This document shows, piece by piece, positions 26,891 through 35,613 of a stretch of DNA of 51,313 nt. The translations under genes and the position numbers were made by a program. Below the pieces are notes generated by a model. The model saw nothing but the letters and a program-made list of their open reading frames with translations, had not been told where the DNA came from and searched no databases. The DNA comes from an uncultured bacterium. Its GTDB lineage: Bacteria > Hydrothermota > Tepidihabitantia > CAYHGV01. Position 1 is the first letter of the stretch; each line of letters starts with the position of its first letter. The stretch covers positions 1 to 51,313 of the forward strand of contig CAYHGV010000002.1 in NCBI GenBank assembly GCA_964356135.1. Reading direction: 5' to 3'.

Positions 26891-26956
26891 TTGAAACCTA
26901 TGTTGATAATCCTCGACCTGATAACAAAAGAACCCTCGGGTAAGGAATAAATCCCG

Positions 26957-28231
26957 ATGGCGAACAACGCGGTCGTTCTCCGCTTGGGTAAAAGCATCAC
27001 CGGCTTCTGGCAGCGATTCGACATCCGGGTTTGGATCATCTTCTTTTGCCAGATCGTCATTTCGATGGGCTTTGCCATCGCCATGCCGTTCATCAGCCTC
27101 TACTTCCATTCGGTTTTGGGCGTGGCGATGAGTATCGTCGGCACGATTTTTCTGATTCGGGCCGCGGTCGCGGCACTGGGGCAGGTCGTGGGCGGCGAAC
27201 TCTCCGATCATTTCGGCCGGAAACGGGTGATGGTCTCATCGCTCGTCTTCCGCACCTTCCTGTTTATCCTCCTCGCAGCAACGATTGCGGTCCGCGCCAA
27301 TTACATCGTTGTCGCTTTAGTAATGATTTTAGGTCAAGGAATCAGCTCTCTGTTTATGCCCGCGTCCCAGGCGGTAGTCGCCGATGTCGTCGAACCGAAA
27401 AAGCGAATCGAAGCCTACGGCCTGCTCCGGGTCGGCGGAAACCTGGGCTGGGCGATCGGCCCGATCATCGGCGGTTTTTTAGCCGGCACCTCGTATGCCT
27501 ATCTTTTTCTTGTGACCGCTTTTGTCAGCCTGGTGGCAACCGTTTTAATCGCCGCCTTCATCCGGGAATCGGCACACTCCGGCTCGCACAAGGAGTTTAA
27601 ACTCCGCGACCTGCTCGGGCTTGGCCGGAACCGGCTCCTGCTCGCCTTCTGCGGTTTTAGTCTCTTGATCTTTATCGTCGCCGGGTTGTTGATCGCACCG
27701 CTTTCGGTCTACGCCGTCGAACGAGTTGGCATCACGACCGTTCAATTAGGTTACCTGTTTACGATTAACGGCCTTTTGGTTGTTGTCTTCCAGTTCCCGA
27801 TCGCCACCCTGATCAGCCGGGTGCGCCTCACTTCGGCGCTGGCGCTCGGCTCGCTCCTTTACGCAATCGGCTATTTTTCGGTCGGCCTCGCACCGTCGTT
27901 TCTCTTCCTCGCGCTATCGATGGTCGTCATAACCTCGGGCGAGGTCATGGTCAAGCCGGCAGGAATGAGCCTTGCCGCCAATATGGCGCCGCCCGATCAA
28001 AAAGGTCGGTACATTGGTATCTACGGTCTGACCGAATCGTTGGGCTGGTCGTTGGGACCGTTTTTGGGCGGAATCCTGCTTGATGTCTTTGTAACAAAAA
28101 CCGTCCACCCCTGGCTGATCGCTGTCTTACTCGGCATTTCGGCAATGGCCGGATATCTTTGGATTAGGTCAAAAATCCCGATCGCACTGGATCGAAGCAA
28201 TGAGCCGCAAAGCTCGGAAACAAAAATCTAA
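26957..28231 (+). CDS. MFS transporter
   Basis: There are about 12 TM segments. The loop 2-3 motif is GELSDHFGRKRVM, typical of the major facilitator superfamily. Confidence 0.85.
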   Translation: MANNAVVLRLGKSITGFWQRFDIRVWIIFFCQIVISMGFAIAMPFISLYFHSVLGVAMSIVGTIFLIRAAVAALGQVVGGELSDHFGRKRVMVSSLVFRTFLFILLAATIAVRANYIVVALVMILGQGISSLFMPASQAVVADVVEPKKRIEAYGLLRVGGNLGWAIGPIIGGFLAGTSYAYLFLVTAFVSLVATVLIAAFIRESAHSGSHKEFKLRDLLGLGRNRLLLAFCGFSLLIFIVAGLLIAPLSVYAVERVGITTVQLGYLFTINGLLVVVFQFPIATLISRVRLTSALALGSLLYAIGYFSVGLAPSFLFLALSMVVITSGEVMVKPAGMSLAANMAPPDQKGRYIGIYGLTESLGWSLGPFLGGILLDVFVTKTVHPWLIAVLLGISAMAGYLWIRSKIPIALDRSNEPQSSETKI

Positions 28232-28964
28232 GGCCGCGCCCAAAAGCGCGCGGTCGCGGCTCTCCTTCGTCGGCCACCTGGACGAACTGCGCAAACGGAT
28301 TATCTGGGCTTTGGTCGCGGTCGCCGTCACTGCGATCATCGGTTATCTGGTCAGCGGTTTTCTTCTCGAAATTCTGTCGAAACCGATTGGCAAACTCTAT
28401 TTTTTCGCTCCGGCGGAGGCGTTTTTAGTCCGGTTTAAAATCGCTCTCATTATCGGCATCGGTCTTGCCCTACCGTTCATCCTCTTTCAGGCATGGCGGT
28501 TTATCGCCCCCGCTCTCAATGTCCAAGAGAAAAAATGGGCTCTGCCCGTAATCGTCGCCGGGTATCTCCTCTTCTGGACCGGGGTTGCCTTCGCCTATTT
28601 TCTGTTAGTGCCGGTCGGTATGCGGGTACTCTTATCCTTCGGCACCCGAAGCATCGTCTCGCTGATCAATGTCTCAAAATACATTAACTTCATTCTCTGG
28701 ATGTTGCTCTTTTCCGGCTTGCTCTTCGAAATGCCGCTGATCATCCTCTTTTTGACCAAGCTCGGAATCATTCAACCCAGAACCCTGCGCCGTCACCGCC
28801 GGACTGCAATTGTAATTATTTTTATCCTCGCAGCCGTCCTGACCCCGTCGGTCGATTTTGTTTCGATGGTCATCCTCGCTCTGCCGTTGTTGTTCCTTTT
28901 CGAAACGAGCCTCTGGATAGCCCATTTCAGCCAGCCCAAATCAGCGCGGAGCAAGAAAAAATAG
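28200..28964 (+). CDS. tatC: Twin-arginine translocase subunit TatC
   Basis: FVGHLDELRKRIIWALVAV, six TM segments, and ...PFILFQAWRFIAPAL... all fit the TatC pattern. The start overlaps the MFS gene by 32 nt. Confidence 0.88.
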   Translation: MSRKARKQKSKAAPKSARSRLSFVGHLDELRKRIIWALVAVAVTAIIGYLVSGFLLEILSKPIGKLYFFAPAEAFLVRFKIALIIGIGLALPFILFQAWRFIAPALNVQEKKWALPVIVAGYLLFWTGVAFAYFLLVPVGMRVLLSFGTRSIVSLINVSKYINFILWMLLFSGLLFEMPLIILFLTKLGIIQPRTLRRHRRTAIVIIFILAAVLTPSVDFVSMVILALPLLFLFETSLWIAHFSQPKSARSKKK

Positions 28965-29058
28965 ACTCCAGATATCTATGTCGCGCCTTTATCTAATTGG
29001 GACACACCGCAGCAAATCATTTTTTTTAACCGCTTTAGCTGATAGTTCCCCTTCGCCC

Positions 29059-29119
29059 TACTCCCTACGCTCTACTCCCTCCTGCTTACTTCCTACTGCC
29101 TACTTCCTACTTTCCCTCC
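29059..29119 (+). repeat. Heptanucleotide tandem array (TACTYCC-like, about 8 units)
   Basis: tactccc tacgctc tactccc tcctgct tacttcc tactgcc tacttcc tactttcc. Confidence 0.8.
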
Positions 29120-29184
29120 GTATCTTCCCTGGTTTAATCCATCTGGTGTTGACAGTGCTTAAGCAAATCGTTTTTATGTAAACA

Positions 29185-29390
29185 ATTATTCATCTGTGTT
29201 TATCTGCGTCTATCTGCGGTTAAATTTATTCGTTCTTGTTCGTTTCAATTCGTAGTAAATATTTTTTCCGTGTCCTCCGTTTTTAAATCCTGTTTTTAAT
29301 CTTTGTCAATCTGTGTTTATCCGTGTCGGCACGCTTGGTGCCGCAATCTGTGGTTAAATTCTTCGTTTTTCTCCGTGTCTTCAGTGGTAA
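29185..29390 (+). repeat. Short-period repeat array (TCTGTG/TCTGCG/TCCGTG cores)
   Basis: Typical stretches are catctgtgtttatctgcgtctatctgcggttaaattt, ttccgtgtcctccgttttt, caatctgtgtttatccgtgtcgg, gcaatctgtggttaaatt and ctccgtgtcttcagtgg. It lies between the convergent tatC and lipoprotein genes. Confidence 0.8.
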
Positions 29391-29396
29391 AACTAT

Positions 29397-29795
29397 TTAT
29401 TCCTCTTTTTCTTCTTCGAACAGGACATCCGGGCTGACCTTATAACCGTAAATCAACCAATCTTTGTCTTTTTGGATAAGCTTGTAGCGGCAGCCCCATT
29501 TTCTCCCATCTTCGAGCGTCACCGTGCCCTTAACCACTGCGGTACTGTTCTTGATACTCACGTTGGTCAGACTGAAAGACTTAACCGGCACGCCTTCGGC
29601 ATGGGCAGTGAATTCTTCCAAAGCCTGGACGTCTTGCAGCTCGGGGGAAAAATAAGAATAGGCAAGCGCGTAGTTTTTCTCCGACCACGCTTTCAGATTC
29701 GCCTTCACCGGTTCCTTGGGTGCATTGAGCATCGCACACGAAACCACCAACAGGATCAGCACCGGAAACGAACTGCGGAGTACCCGCTGAATCAT
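29397..29795 (-). CDS. Small lipoprotein, NTF2-like (DUF4864-like)
   Basis: The start is moved to ATG 29795 (MIQRVLRS), which has the SD GGAGGAG. The lipobox is LVVSC. The KNYALAYSYFSPELQ pattern recalls DUF4864. The track ORF to 29945 adds 50 unlikely residues. Confidence 0.5.
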   Translation of the reverse strand: MIQRVLRSSFPVLILLVVSCAMLNAPKEPVKANLKAWSEKNYALAYSYFSPELQDVQALEEFTAHAEGVPVKSFSLTNVSIKNSTAVVKGTVTLEDGRKWGCRYKLIQKDKDWLIYGYKVSPDVLFEEEKEE

Positions 29796-30010
29796 ATCTC
29801 CTCCTTGGTTTGATTGACAACCTCTTTTTTGTAGCCCGGGGTTTTTCTTTTTACCTGCATTCCTTTTCATCGGCGTAACTATAAGATTTAGCCCCACTCT
29901 GTCAAGACAGTGAAGAGAGACCTCTGAAAAACTCAATTTTATCACGAAACCTGAAGGATAGAACGACTGCAGGGAGTCAAAAACTTTAATATATTGAAAA
30001 TAGTACCTCT

Positions 30011-30085
30011 TTGTTTTCGTGAATTTCGTCCTTTCGTGATTTGATGTCGTCCGCCATATTGTGTGACGGATTTCGTGGTAATTCT
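30011..30085 (+). repeat. Short-period repeat array (TTCGTG cores) with CCGCC..GACGG hairpin
   Basis: ttgttttcgtgaatttcgtcctttcgtgatttgatgtcgtccgccatattgtgtgacggatttcgtggtaattc. Confidence 0.7.
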
Positions 30086-30120
30086 TATACTTATCAGAGT
30101 TTTCGTTGACTTGCTTGACG

Positions 30121-30972
30121 CTACCTCCGTCCCAGAATCATTCCCAACACATAGAGCATCCCTAAAACTCCCAGCGACATCTTGTTAGTCAGGTCTCCCC
30201 GCCGGGGAGTAGGTCCCAGGACAAAAGCGAGATTGATTGCCATTCCCGCGACAATAATTCCGACAATACAGTATAAATATCCGGGTCGGAAACCGCCCAG
30301 CCAATACCCAGCAAGTGCACAGCCATAGGCGATCACCTCATTGACGATGAGAAAAAGTGAAGCCGTGCGTAATCCGTAGCGCTGGGGAATGGTGACGGTT
30401 TTAACTTTAATGTCATGGGGCATGTCCCGAACATCACCCATCACCCTGCCGCCGGTCATGGCAAAAAATAAAAAAAGAACGATAACAATCGCACTCACGC
30501 CAAATCGGTGCGCGGCAAGGCTGCCGATGAGCACATACATTCCCTGAATTGCTCCGAGGCTTACCGAACGCAGAATCGGCGAATCTAAAATCCCTTTTGC
30601 CATGCCTGCGACAATCAGAATAACACCTGCCCACGGCAGTAAAATCCAGCGGCTGGTGAAAAATCCTAACACCCCGCTCGCTCCGATGCCGACGACGGCT
30701 AAAATCGTTCCCACTGCCGGCGAGATTTCACCCTGCGCAATCGGATTGAGCATCTTACCCGATGCCCGGTCCTTTTTCCAATCCGCCCGATAGTCGAGAT
30801 AGAACCCGCCCAAGGCGAGAAAGATTGCGGCGAAGGCGGCACCGATCACCTGCTTGGAAGAACCTCCGAATCCGTAGGCGGTCGAACCGGTCACCAGCGC
30901 CATCATTATCAATCGACCGACGCGCCAGGCTTCAAGAATTCGCCAGAATTTTTTAATCATCCGTTCTGCCAT
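30121..30972 (-). CDS. UbiA-family aromatic/glyceryl prenyltransferase (integral membrane)
   Basis: It has 8-9 TM segments. The first Asp-rich motif is YLDYRADWKKD (DxxxDxxxD) and the second is GDVRDMPHD. Confidence 0.7.
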   Translation of the reverse strand: MAERMIKKFWRILEAWRVGRLIMMALVTGSTAYGFGGSSKQVIGAAFAAIFLALGGFYLDYRADWKKDRASGKMLNPIAQGEISPAVGTILAVVGIGASGVLGFFTSRWILLPWAGVILIVAGMAKGILDSPILRSVSLGAIQGMYVLIGSLAAHRFGVSAIVIVLFLFFAMTGGRVMGDVRDMPHDIKVKTVTIPQRYGLRTASLFLIVNEVIAYGCALAGYWLGGFRPGYLYCIVGIIVAGMAINLAFVLGPTPRRGDLTNKMSLGVLGMLYVLGMILGRR

Positions 30973-31481
30973 AATAATAGTTCTCTTCCGGATTGCAAGG
31001 CCTTTTGGAAATAAAGGGGACAGATTCTTTTATTTTTAGAAAAAATCTGGTCTCTGTCTCTTAATAACCTCCGAGACCCGGGTCTTTACTATCAGCGAAC
31101 CCCTGCACTTTGCCCGAGCCTGGGAAAAACCCGACCCTCTCGCTGAGCTGACGCCCGACTCGTCACAGTCGCACTCAGGCTGTTCCATTATCTTTAGAAA
31201 AAGTGTGAAAGGCTTTTTCGTCGGCACCACCGTCGGCAAAGAATTTGCACGTGGCCTGCGCGGTGCTAACTATGCTACCTCGGAAGTTGAGATTAGCTCC
31301 GACCGCTTAATCATCTGGGACCGGGGCTACAACCAAAACGGCGAGCAGGTCTGGGGTCCGACCCGGGGACCGTATATTTTTAAAAAAATCAAAGATTTTT
31401 AGCCAAAACCTAAAAAAAGGTTATTCGTTTTTCGTGGTTTTCGAATTTTCCAATTTTCGCGGTAATTCTCAGATTTTTTAC

Positions 31482-32240
31482 TTATCGGACGTAACTGCCG
31501 GCGTTGATGTCAATGGTCGAGCCGGTCGCGTGGTCCATCAAGCCGCTCGCTAAAAATAGAATCGTTCCGGCAACGTCAGCCGGCTCGGTCAATTTCGGCA
31601 GGGCTATTTCTTTCAAAACCGAAGCTTCGCCGTGCTGTTTAAAATAAGCTTCGGTCATTTCCGTCCGCACCCAGCCCGGCGCAATCACAAACGATTTGAT
31701 ATTATCTTTTCCGTAGGCGCGAGCGATCGACCGGCTCAAGGCTACCATTCCACCCTTTGCCGAGGCATACGCGAAGTACTCCTCGGTATCACCTCGAAAT
31801 GCGGCACGGGATGCGATGTTGATTATTCTGCCGCCGCCCTTCGTTTTAAAATGCTGGATCGCCTCCCGGCATAACACTCCAACCGAAGTTAAATTTATCG
31901 CGATATTTTTATTCCAGACCGACAACCATTCATCAATGTTTTTTTCGATCGGTGCACCATCCCAGACACCGGCATTGTTGACTAACGTATCGACGGTGCC
32001 ATAAGTTTCGGCTACCTTCTTAAACAACAGCGCTCCGTTTTTCGGGTCGGATAAATCAGCCTGAAAGGCTTTGGAATTATTCCCGACTTCTTGTGCCAAA
32101 TTTTCGGCGGATTGGGAGTGTTGATTAAAATGCAGTGCCACCGTCGCTCCGCTCTTCCCTAACAGCCGTGCCGCGGCTTCACCAATCCCGCCGGTCGCAC
32201 CGGTCACAAGAATTACGTTGTTACTCAAATCGATCTTCAT
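31482..32240 (-). CDS. SDR-family oxidoreductase (3-oxoacyl-ACP reductase-like)
   Basis: TGATGGIG is the cofactor motif, NNAG is present, and the catalytic YASAK (YxxxK) is present. Confidence 0.88.
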   Translation of the reverse strand: MKIDLSNNVILVTGATGGIGEAAARLLGKSGATVALHFNQHSQSAENLAQEVGNNSKAFQADLSDPKNGALLFKKVAETYGTVDTLVNNAGVWDGAPIEKNIDEWLSVWNKNIAINLTSVGVLCREAIQHFKTKGGGRIINIASRAAFRGDTEEYFAYASAKGGMVALSRSIARAYGKDNIKSFVIAPGWVRTEMTEAYFKQHGEASVLKEIALPKLTEPADVAGTILFLASGLMDHATGSTIDINAGSYVR

Positions 32241-32306
32241 ACAGGCACCGGGTTAAATAGTTATTGGATACGTCTATCGCTGCCGCTGACTTCTTTCACT
32301 CGCCGG

Positions 32307-33254
32307 TCACCGCCGCGGTCGACGTCTTCGCCGGGCGAATAAAATTATTCCGACCGCCGCGAACAACGAAAGGTCACCCCAGCCTTTACCCGAATCGGCA
32401 TAAAAAATAATCTCACGATACTCCGTATCGTCCGACGCCTGGGTAAAGCTGATATCTTCCATATCGGTTGTAAAACGACGATACAATTTCGTCAAAAAAT
32501 AGGTCCGGTCAATAACCGGTGAGCTCTCGCGGAAATCCTGGGGAGAAACCCAACCGGCAAATTTGAGCGTAGCACCTTCGGCGCGCATCCGATGCTCGGT
32601 CAAGAGATAGAGAATCAGATCGGCCGAGTCCGAGCTCAAAGAAGTGATCTTCATCGGATAGACCGGCTGGCCGGCTGCAAAGGCGAGCCGTATCGCAACC
32701 TCACCCGATAACGGTATCGTCGCGGTATCGGTTTCGGCCACCAGGAAGTAGTGCCAGTCTTTAGCCAGGTAAGAATTCAAAACCGACGGAGCACTACCGG
32801 GATAACCATAACCATTATCAGTCAGATACAGGCTTAACCCATCGAGTGTCTGGACTTCGAGAATTGTATACGCAAACCCGGCGATTACCCCTTGCCCGAC
32901 CTCGCGCGTTTCGTTATCACCACCCTTACCGTCTTCCAGAGGATTACCGCCTAAAATTCCACTGCAGCCTGAACCTCGCTGCTGATAGAGCGGCCGGCTG
33001 AAATCCTGCAGGTTGTAGAAAAGCTGAACCGGCACCGAATCGACCGACGGCAGCGCCGGTAGCGGAATCACCCAGGCAAAGTCTTTGCTGTTGCCCTGAA
33101 ACTTCACATCGATAATCAGTTCTTCCTTGCCCGCCGTGTGTTTAATAATCGCCACCTGCGCCTGCTGTTCGATATAATAATCGGGCGGCGGGTCGAACCA
33201 GCCGTCGGCGAAAATGCCTGCTGCCAGTAAACCGAGTAGTGCAAATTTTTTCAT
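32307..33254 (-). CDS. DUF2330-like secreted protein with C-terminal TM + poly-Arg anchor
   Basis: The start is moved to ATG 33254 (MKKFALLGLLAAGIFA signal peptide; SD GGGGAGG). It overlaps the upstream stop as TAATG. AQVAIIKHTAGKEELIIDVKFQG..FAWVIPLPALP fits DUF2330. The C-terminus is LSLFAAVGIILFARRRRRPRR. Confidence 0.6.
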   Translation of the reverse strand: MKKFALLGLLAAGIFADGWFDPPPDYYIEQQAQVAIIKHTAGKEELIIDVKFQGNSKDFAWVIPLPALPSVDSVPVQLFYNLQDFSRPLYQQRGSGCSGILGGNPLEDGKGGDNETREVGQGVIAGFAYTILEVQTLDGLSLYLTDNGYGYPGSAPSVLNSYLAKDWHYFLVAETDTATIPLSGEVAIRLAFAAGQPVYPMKITSLSSDSADLILYLLTEHRMRAEGATLKFAGWVSPQDFRESSPVIDRTYFLTKLYRRFTTDMEDISFTQASDDTEYREIIFYADSGKGWGDLSLFAAVGIILFARRRRRPRR

Positions 33255-33841
33255 TACAACCTCCCCACAGTTAAGCTCAAAGAAAGACCGGACAGGTCGA
33301 TCGGATAACGACCCCATTCGTTCCGGACCGGTATCGCCAAAAATCGTATGCCGCTTTCGACGCCGATCGACCATTTTCCCAACGGGATCAGTCGGGCACC
33401 AAGAAACACCACCCCTCCCAGACCTACCCCCCAATTGGTTCGGGTTGTGATCGTAGCGGAAGTATCGGATGCGGGTATCCGCTCGCTGCCCAAACCTAAG
33501 ACTGGACCGATGCCGTAGTAAAAATTCTTACGTTCAAAAAATGGGGCGGAAAATTCCCAGCTCGTTTCCAAAGTCAGCGCGGCAAGATCGGTATAACCCC
33601 GGAATTCGGTATCCGGCGGGTAATCCGAAACCTCACCCCGGCCATAGATAAAATCGGCCGCGGTTCGAAACGCCCGGTTCGGAGACAACGTCATCGATAT
33701 CCCGATGCCGACCGAAGGCAGGATGTTATAAATCTCTTGCATATCGCCGGTAAAAGATTTATTGATAGAAAGATCAAAACCGGGATTGACTCCTGTAAAA
33801 ACCACAAAGGCAAGCAGCGATGAAATCATTCGGTCCTCCAT
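33254..33841 (-). CDS. Small beta-barrel outer-membrane protein (hypothetical)
   Basis: It has a hydrophobic N-terminus and alternating Gly/aromatic beta-strand pattern. It is translationally coupled to the DUF2330 gene. Confidence 0.45.
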   Translation of the reverse strand: MEDRMISSLLAFVVFTGVNPGFDLSINKSFTGDMQEIYNILPSVGIGISMTLSPNRAFRTAADFIYGRGEVSDYPPDTEFRGYTDLAALTLETSWEFSAPFFERKNFYYGIGPVLGLGSERIPASDTSATITTRTNWGVGLGGVVFLGARLIPLGKWSIGVESGIRFLAIPVRNEWGRYPIDLSGLSLSLTVGRL

Positions 33842-33887
33842 AACAGACTATAATAAATAACCCTTTCCGTCAAGCCGAACTGAAGTC

Positions 33888-34820
33888 TCACACCACCTCC
33901 AGCATCCGCTCCACTGCCCGACGGGCTCTTGAAACAGTCGGTTCCGGCACATTGATTTCATTCTCTCCGGTCTCCAAAACCCACAGGACCTTGCCGAGAG
34001 TCGTTTTTTTCATATTCGCACATCGAGCATTCACGTTTAAGGGGTGACACTGTTTCGCCGGGTATTCCCGATGAATCCGGTTGCACATGTCTGCCTCGGT
34101 GCCCAGCACCAGCTCGTCATAGTCCGCGGCCAGTCTTACCATTCCGCTCGTCGAGGTGACAAAATCGGCGGCTTCGATCACCTCGGGCAGGCATTCGGGA
34201 TGGACGACGATTTTCGCCTTGGGATATTTTGCGCGCGCCTGCTGTATATCCAAAGCGGTAAAATACCGGGCGTGGACAAAGCAAAAACCCTTCCAGGGAA
34301 TGATGTCGCGGCCGGTTTGGCGCCCCACCCACCAGGCTAAATTCTCATCCGGCACAAAGAGAATCTTTTTACCGGTCGGCAGCGAAGCGACCACTTTGTC
34401 GGCATTTGCCGAGGTGCAGCAGATATCCGATTCTGCTTTGACCAGGGCAGTGGTATTGACATAGGCGACGGTCCAGACATCGCCCAATTCTTTCTTTCGC
34501 TGCCGGAGCGCATCAGCGGTAATCATATCCGCCATCGGGCAGCCGGCAGTGATATCGGGCATCACCACCCGCCGCGCCGGATTGAGGATCTTGGCGGTCT
34601 CCGCCATAAAATGGACCCCGCAGAAGACGATCCAGTCCGATTTCACCCCTTGCGCTTTACGTGACAGATCGAGCGAGTCACCGATGAAATCGGCGACCTC
34701 GTAAATCTCCGGTCGTTGATAATTATGAACTAAAATCGTCGCCTGCTTCTCCTGCTTCAGTTTTTGTATTCGTTCGGTCAGTTCGCGGTCCCCAAGCAAC
34801 GAGTAGTCGTTACGCTCCAT
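33888..34820 (-). CDS. nadA: Quinolinate synthase NadA
   Basis: From MERNDYSLL..: [36 protein letters not shown] and VHPEC are classic NadA segments. The track ORF extension to 35225 overlaps the DUF488 gene and is rejected. Confidence 0.88.
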   Translation of the reverse strand: MERNDYSLLGDRELTERIQKLKQEKQATILVHNYQRPEIYEVADFIGDSLDLSRKAQGVKSDWIVFCGVHFMAETAKILNPARRVVMPDITAGCPMADMITADALRQRKKELGDVWTVAYVNTTALVKAESDICCTSANADKVVASLPTGKKILFVPDENLAWWVGRQTGRDIIPWKGFCFVHARYFTALDIQQARAKYPKAKIVVHPECLPEVIEAADFVTSTSGMVRLAADYDELVLGTEADMCNRIHREYPAKQCHPLNVNARCANMKKTTLGKVLWVLETGENEINVPEPTVSRARRAVERMLEVV

Positions 34821-34839
34821 CGCTATTTTCTCGGCTGCC

Positions 34840-35265
34840 CTATCCGGTTTTCGGATACCATATCCGGTTTTCGTCAATGATATGGGTGATTTCGACTTGC
34901 TGCTTTGCCAGTTCCTCGGCAATAAACCTCCGATGGCAGTGGTCGGGCAGGAGCTCGGCACAGAGAATCGCCGACACCCGGTTCTGGGCAGTCCGTTTAA
35001 TGATCTCGACCCCGCGCTTAAACTCTTCCGATTTGATATAATCCTTGTGCCGGTCTTGCCGATAGTCCCCCAGTTCATTGCCGAGAAAAATATATTCGAC
35101 TCCCTGACTCTGACAGAGCGCCTGGAGGCCGTCCCGATTAAAGTGGGGAACCTGAGAAGTAGGAAAACGCCGAACGTCGAAAACAACCTCAATCCCATAT
35201 TTCGAGAGAATCTTGGTGAAGTCATAGGGCTTGCGATTGCTCGTGCCGAGGGTAAATACTCTCAT
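34840..35265 (-). CDS. DUF488 domain protein
   Basis: [37 protein letters not shown]...[19 protein letters not shown] is the DUF488 pattern. The start is moved to ATG 35265. Confidence 0.8.
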   Translation of the reverse strand: MRVFTLGTSNRKPYDFTKILSKYGIEVVFDVRRFPTSQVPHFNRDGLQALCQSQGVEYIFLGNELGDYRQDRHKDYIKSEEFKRGVEIIKRTAQNRVSAILCAELLPDHCHRRFIAEELAKQQVEITHIIDENRIWYPKTG

Positions 35266-35348
35266 TGCCGTATCCTGAACCGGATTGTACCGATTGTCAA
35301 GAGAAATCCGTAGAGAAGGATTATTGGAGAGCAAAATACGGCGAACAC

Positions 35349-35552
35349 ACGAAGTGCCCCGCCGGCGACCGAATTCTCGATTGAATAAAATTGAGGCGAT
35401 GCCTATCGCCGAAATCCGCCATGCCCTGTGGCGGATGGAGGCGACGGGCTATACGAAGTGCCCCGCCGGCGACCAAATTCTCGATTGAATAAAATTGAGG
35501 CGATGCCTATCGCCGAAATCCGCCATACCCTGTGGCGGATGGAGGCGACGGG
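35349..35552. repeat. Tandem direct repeat, 104-nt period, about 2 copies, hairpin-rich
   Basis: acgaagtgccccgccggcgacc(g/a)aattctcgattgaataaaattgaggcgatgcctatcgccgaaatccgccat(g/a)ccctgtggcggatggaggcgacggg starts at 35349 and again at 35453. Each copy holds the hairpins GGCGATgcctATCGCC and ATCCGCCA-N7-TGGCGGAT. Confidence 0.9.
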
Positions 35553-35613
35553 AATCGTTTCGATACTTCGCCGATGACCGACGTCTCCCTCCAAAATCCT
35601 AATATAATAAAAG

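Noticed and set aside
26610-26943. ORFs 26610-26861 and 26683-26943 (83 and 86 aa; peptides such as FICVHLWLIFLPCF).
   Set aside because: They lie entirely in the short-period repeat array. They are low-complexity Cys/Phe/Ser/Val peptides produced by the TCTGTG/TCCGTG periodicity, they have no SD, and they overlap each other in different frames.
29149-29180. TTGACA box inside the 28965-29396 spacer as a promoter for a repeat-derived transcript.
   Set aside because: The best -10 candidates (TTTTAT at 17 nt, TATGTA at 20 nt) are poor. There is no plus-strand gene downstream, because the next gene is convergent.
28978-29181. ORF of 67 aa across the heptamer array.
   Set aside because: Its sequence (SPSPYSLRSTPSCLLPTAYFLLS) simply reflects the TACTYCC tandem repeat, and it lies between convergent genes.
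31205-31402. 65-aa GTG-initiated ORF (..DRLIIWDRGYNQNGEQVWGPTRGPYIFKKIKDF).
   Set aside because: The frame is open back to 31040 without any ATG, there is no SD, and I recognise no family. It could be a C-terminal gene remnant, but the evidence is too thin to call a CDS.
32307-33434. 60-aa N-terminal extension of the DUF2330-like ORF (MGGRSGRGGVSWCPTD...).
   Set aside because: It overlaps the upstream OMP gene in another frame. The internal ATG 33254 gives a canonical signal peptide, an SD and stop/start coupling.
34821-35225. N-terminal 135-aa extension of the NadA ORF (track 33888-35225).
   Set aside because: The extension is Arg/Ser-rich with no NadA homology, and it overlaps the well-supported DUF488 gene in another frame. 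NadA similarity starts at MERNDY (ATG 34820).
35349-35552. Possible CRISPR array (also considered for 41607-41745 and 45024-45250).
   Set aside because: The repeats are directly tandem or separated by irregular, related sequence rather than by unique spacers of constant length. Unit sizes (104, ~31 and ~110 nt) and degeneracy do not fit, and there are no cas genes in the window.
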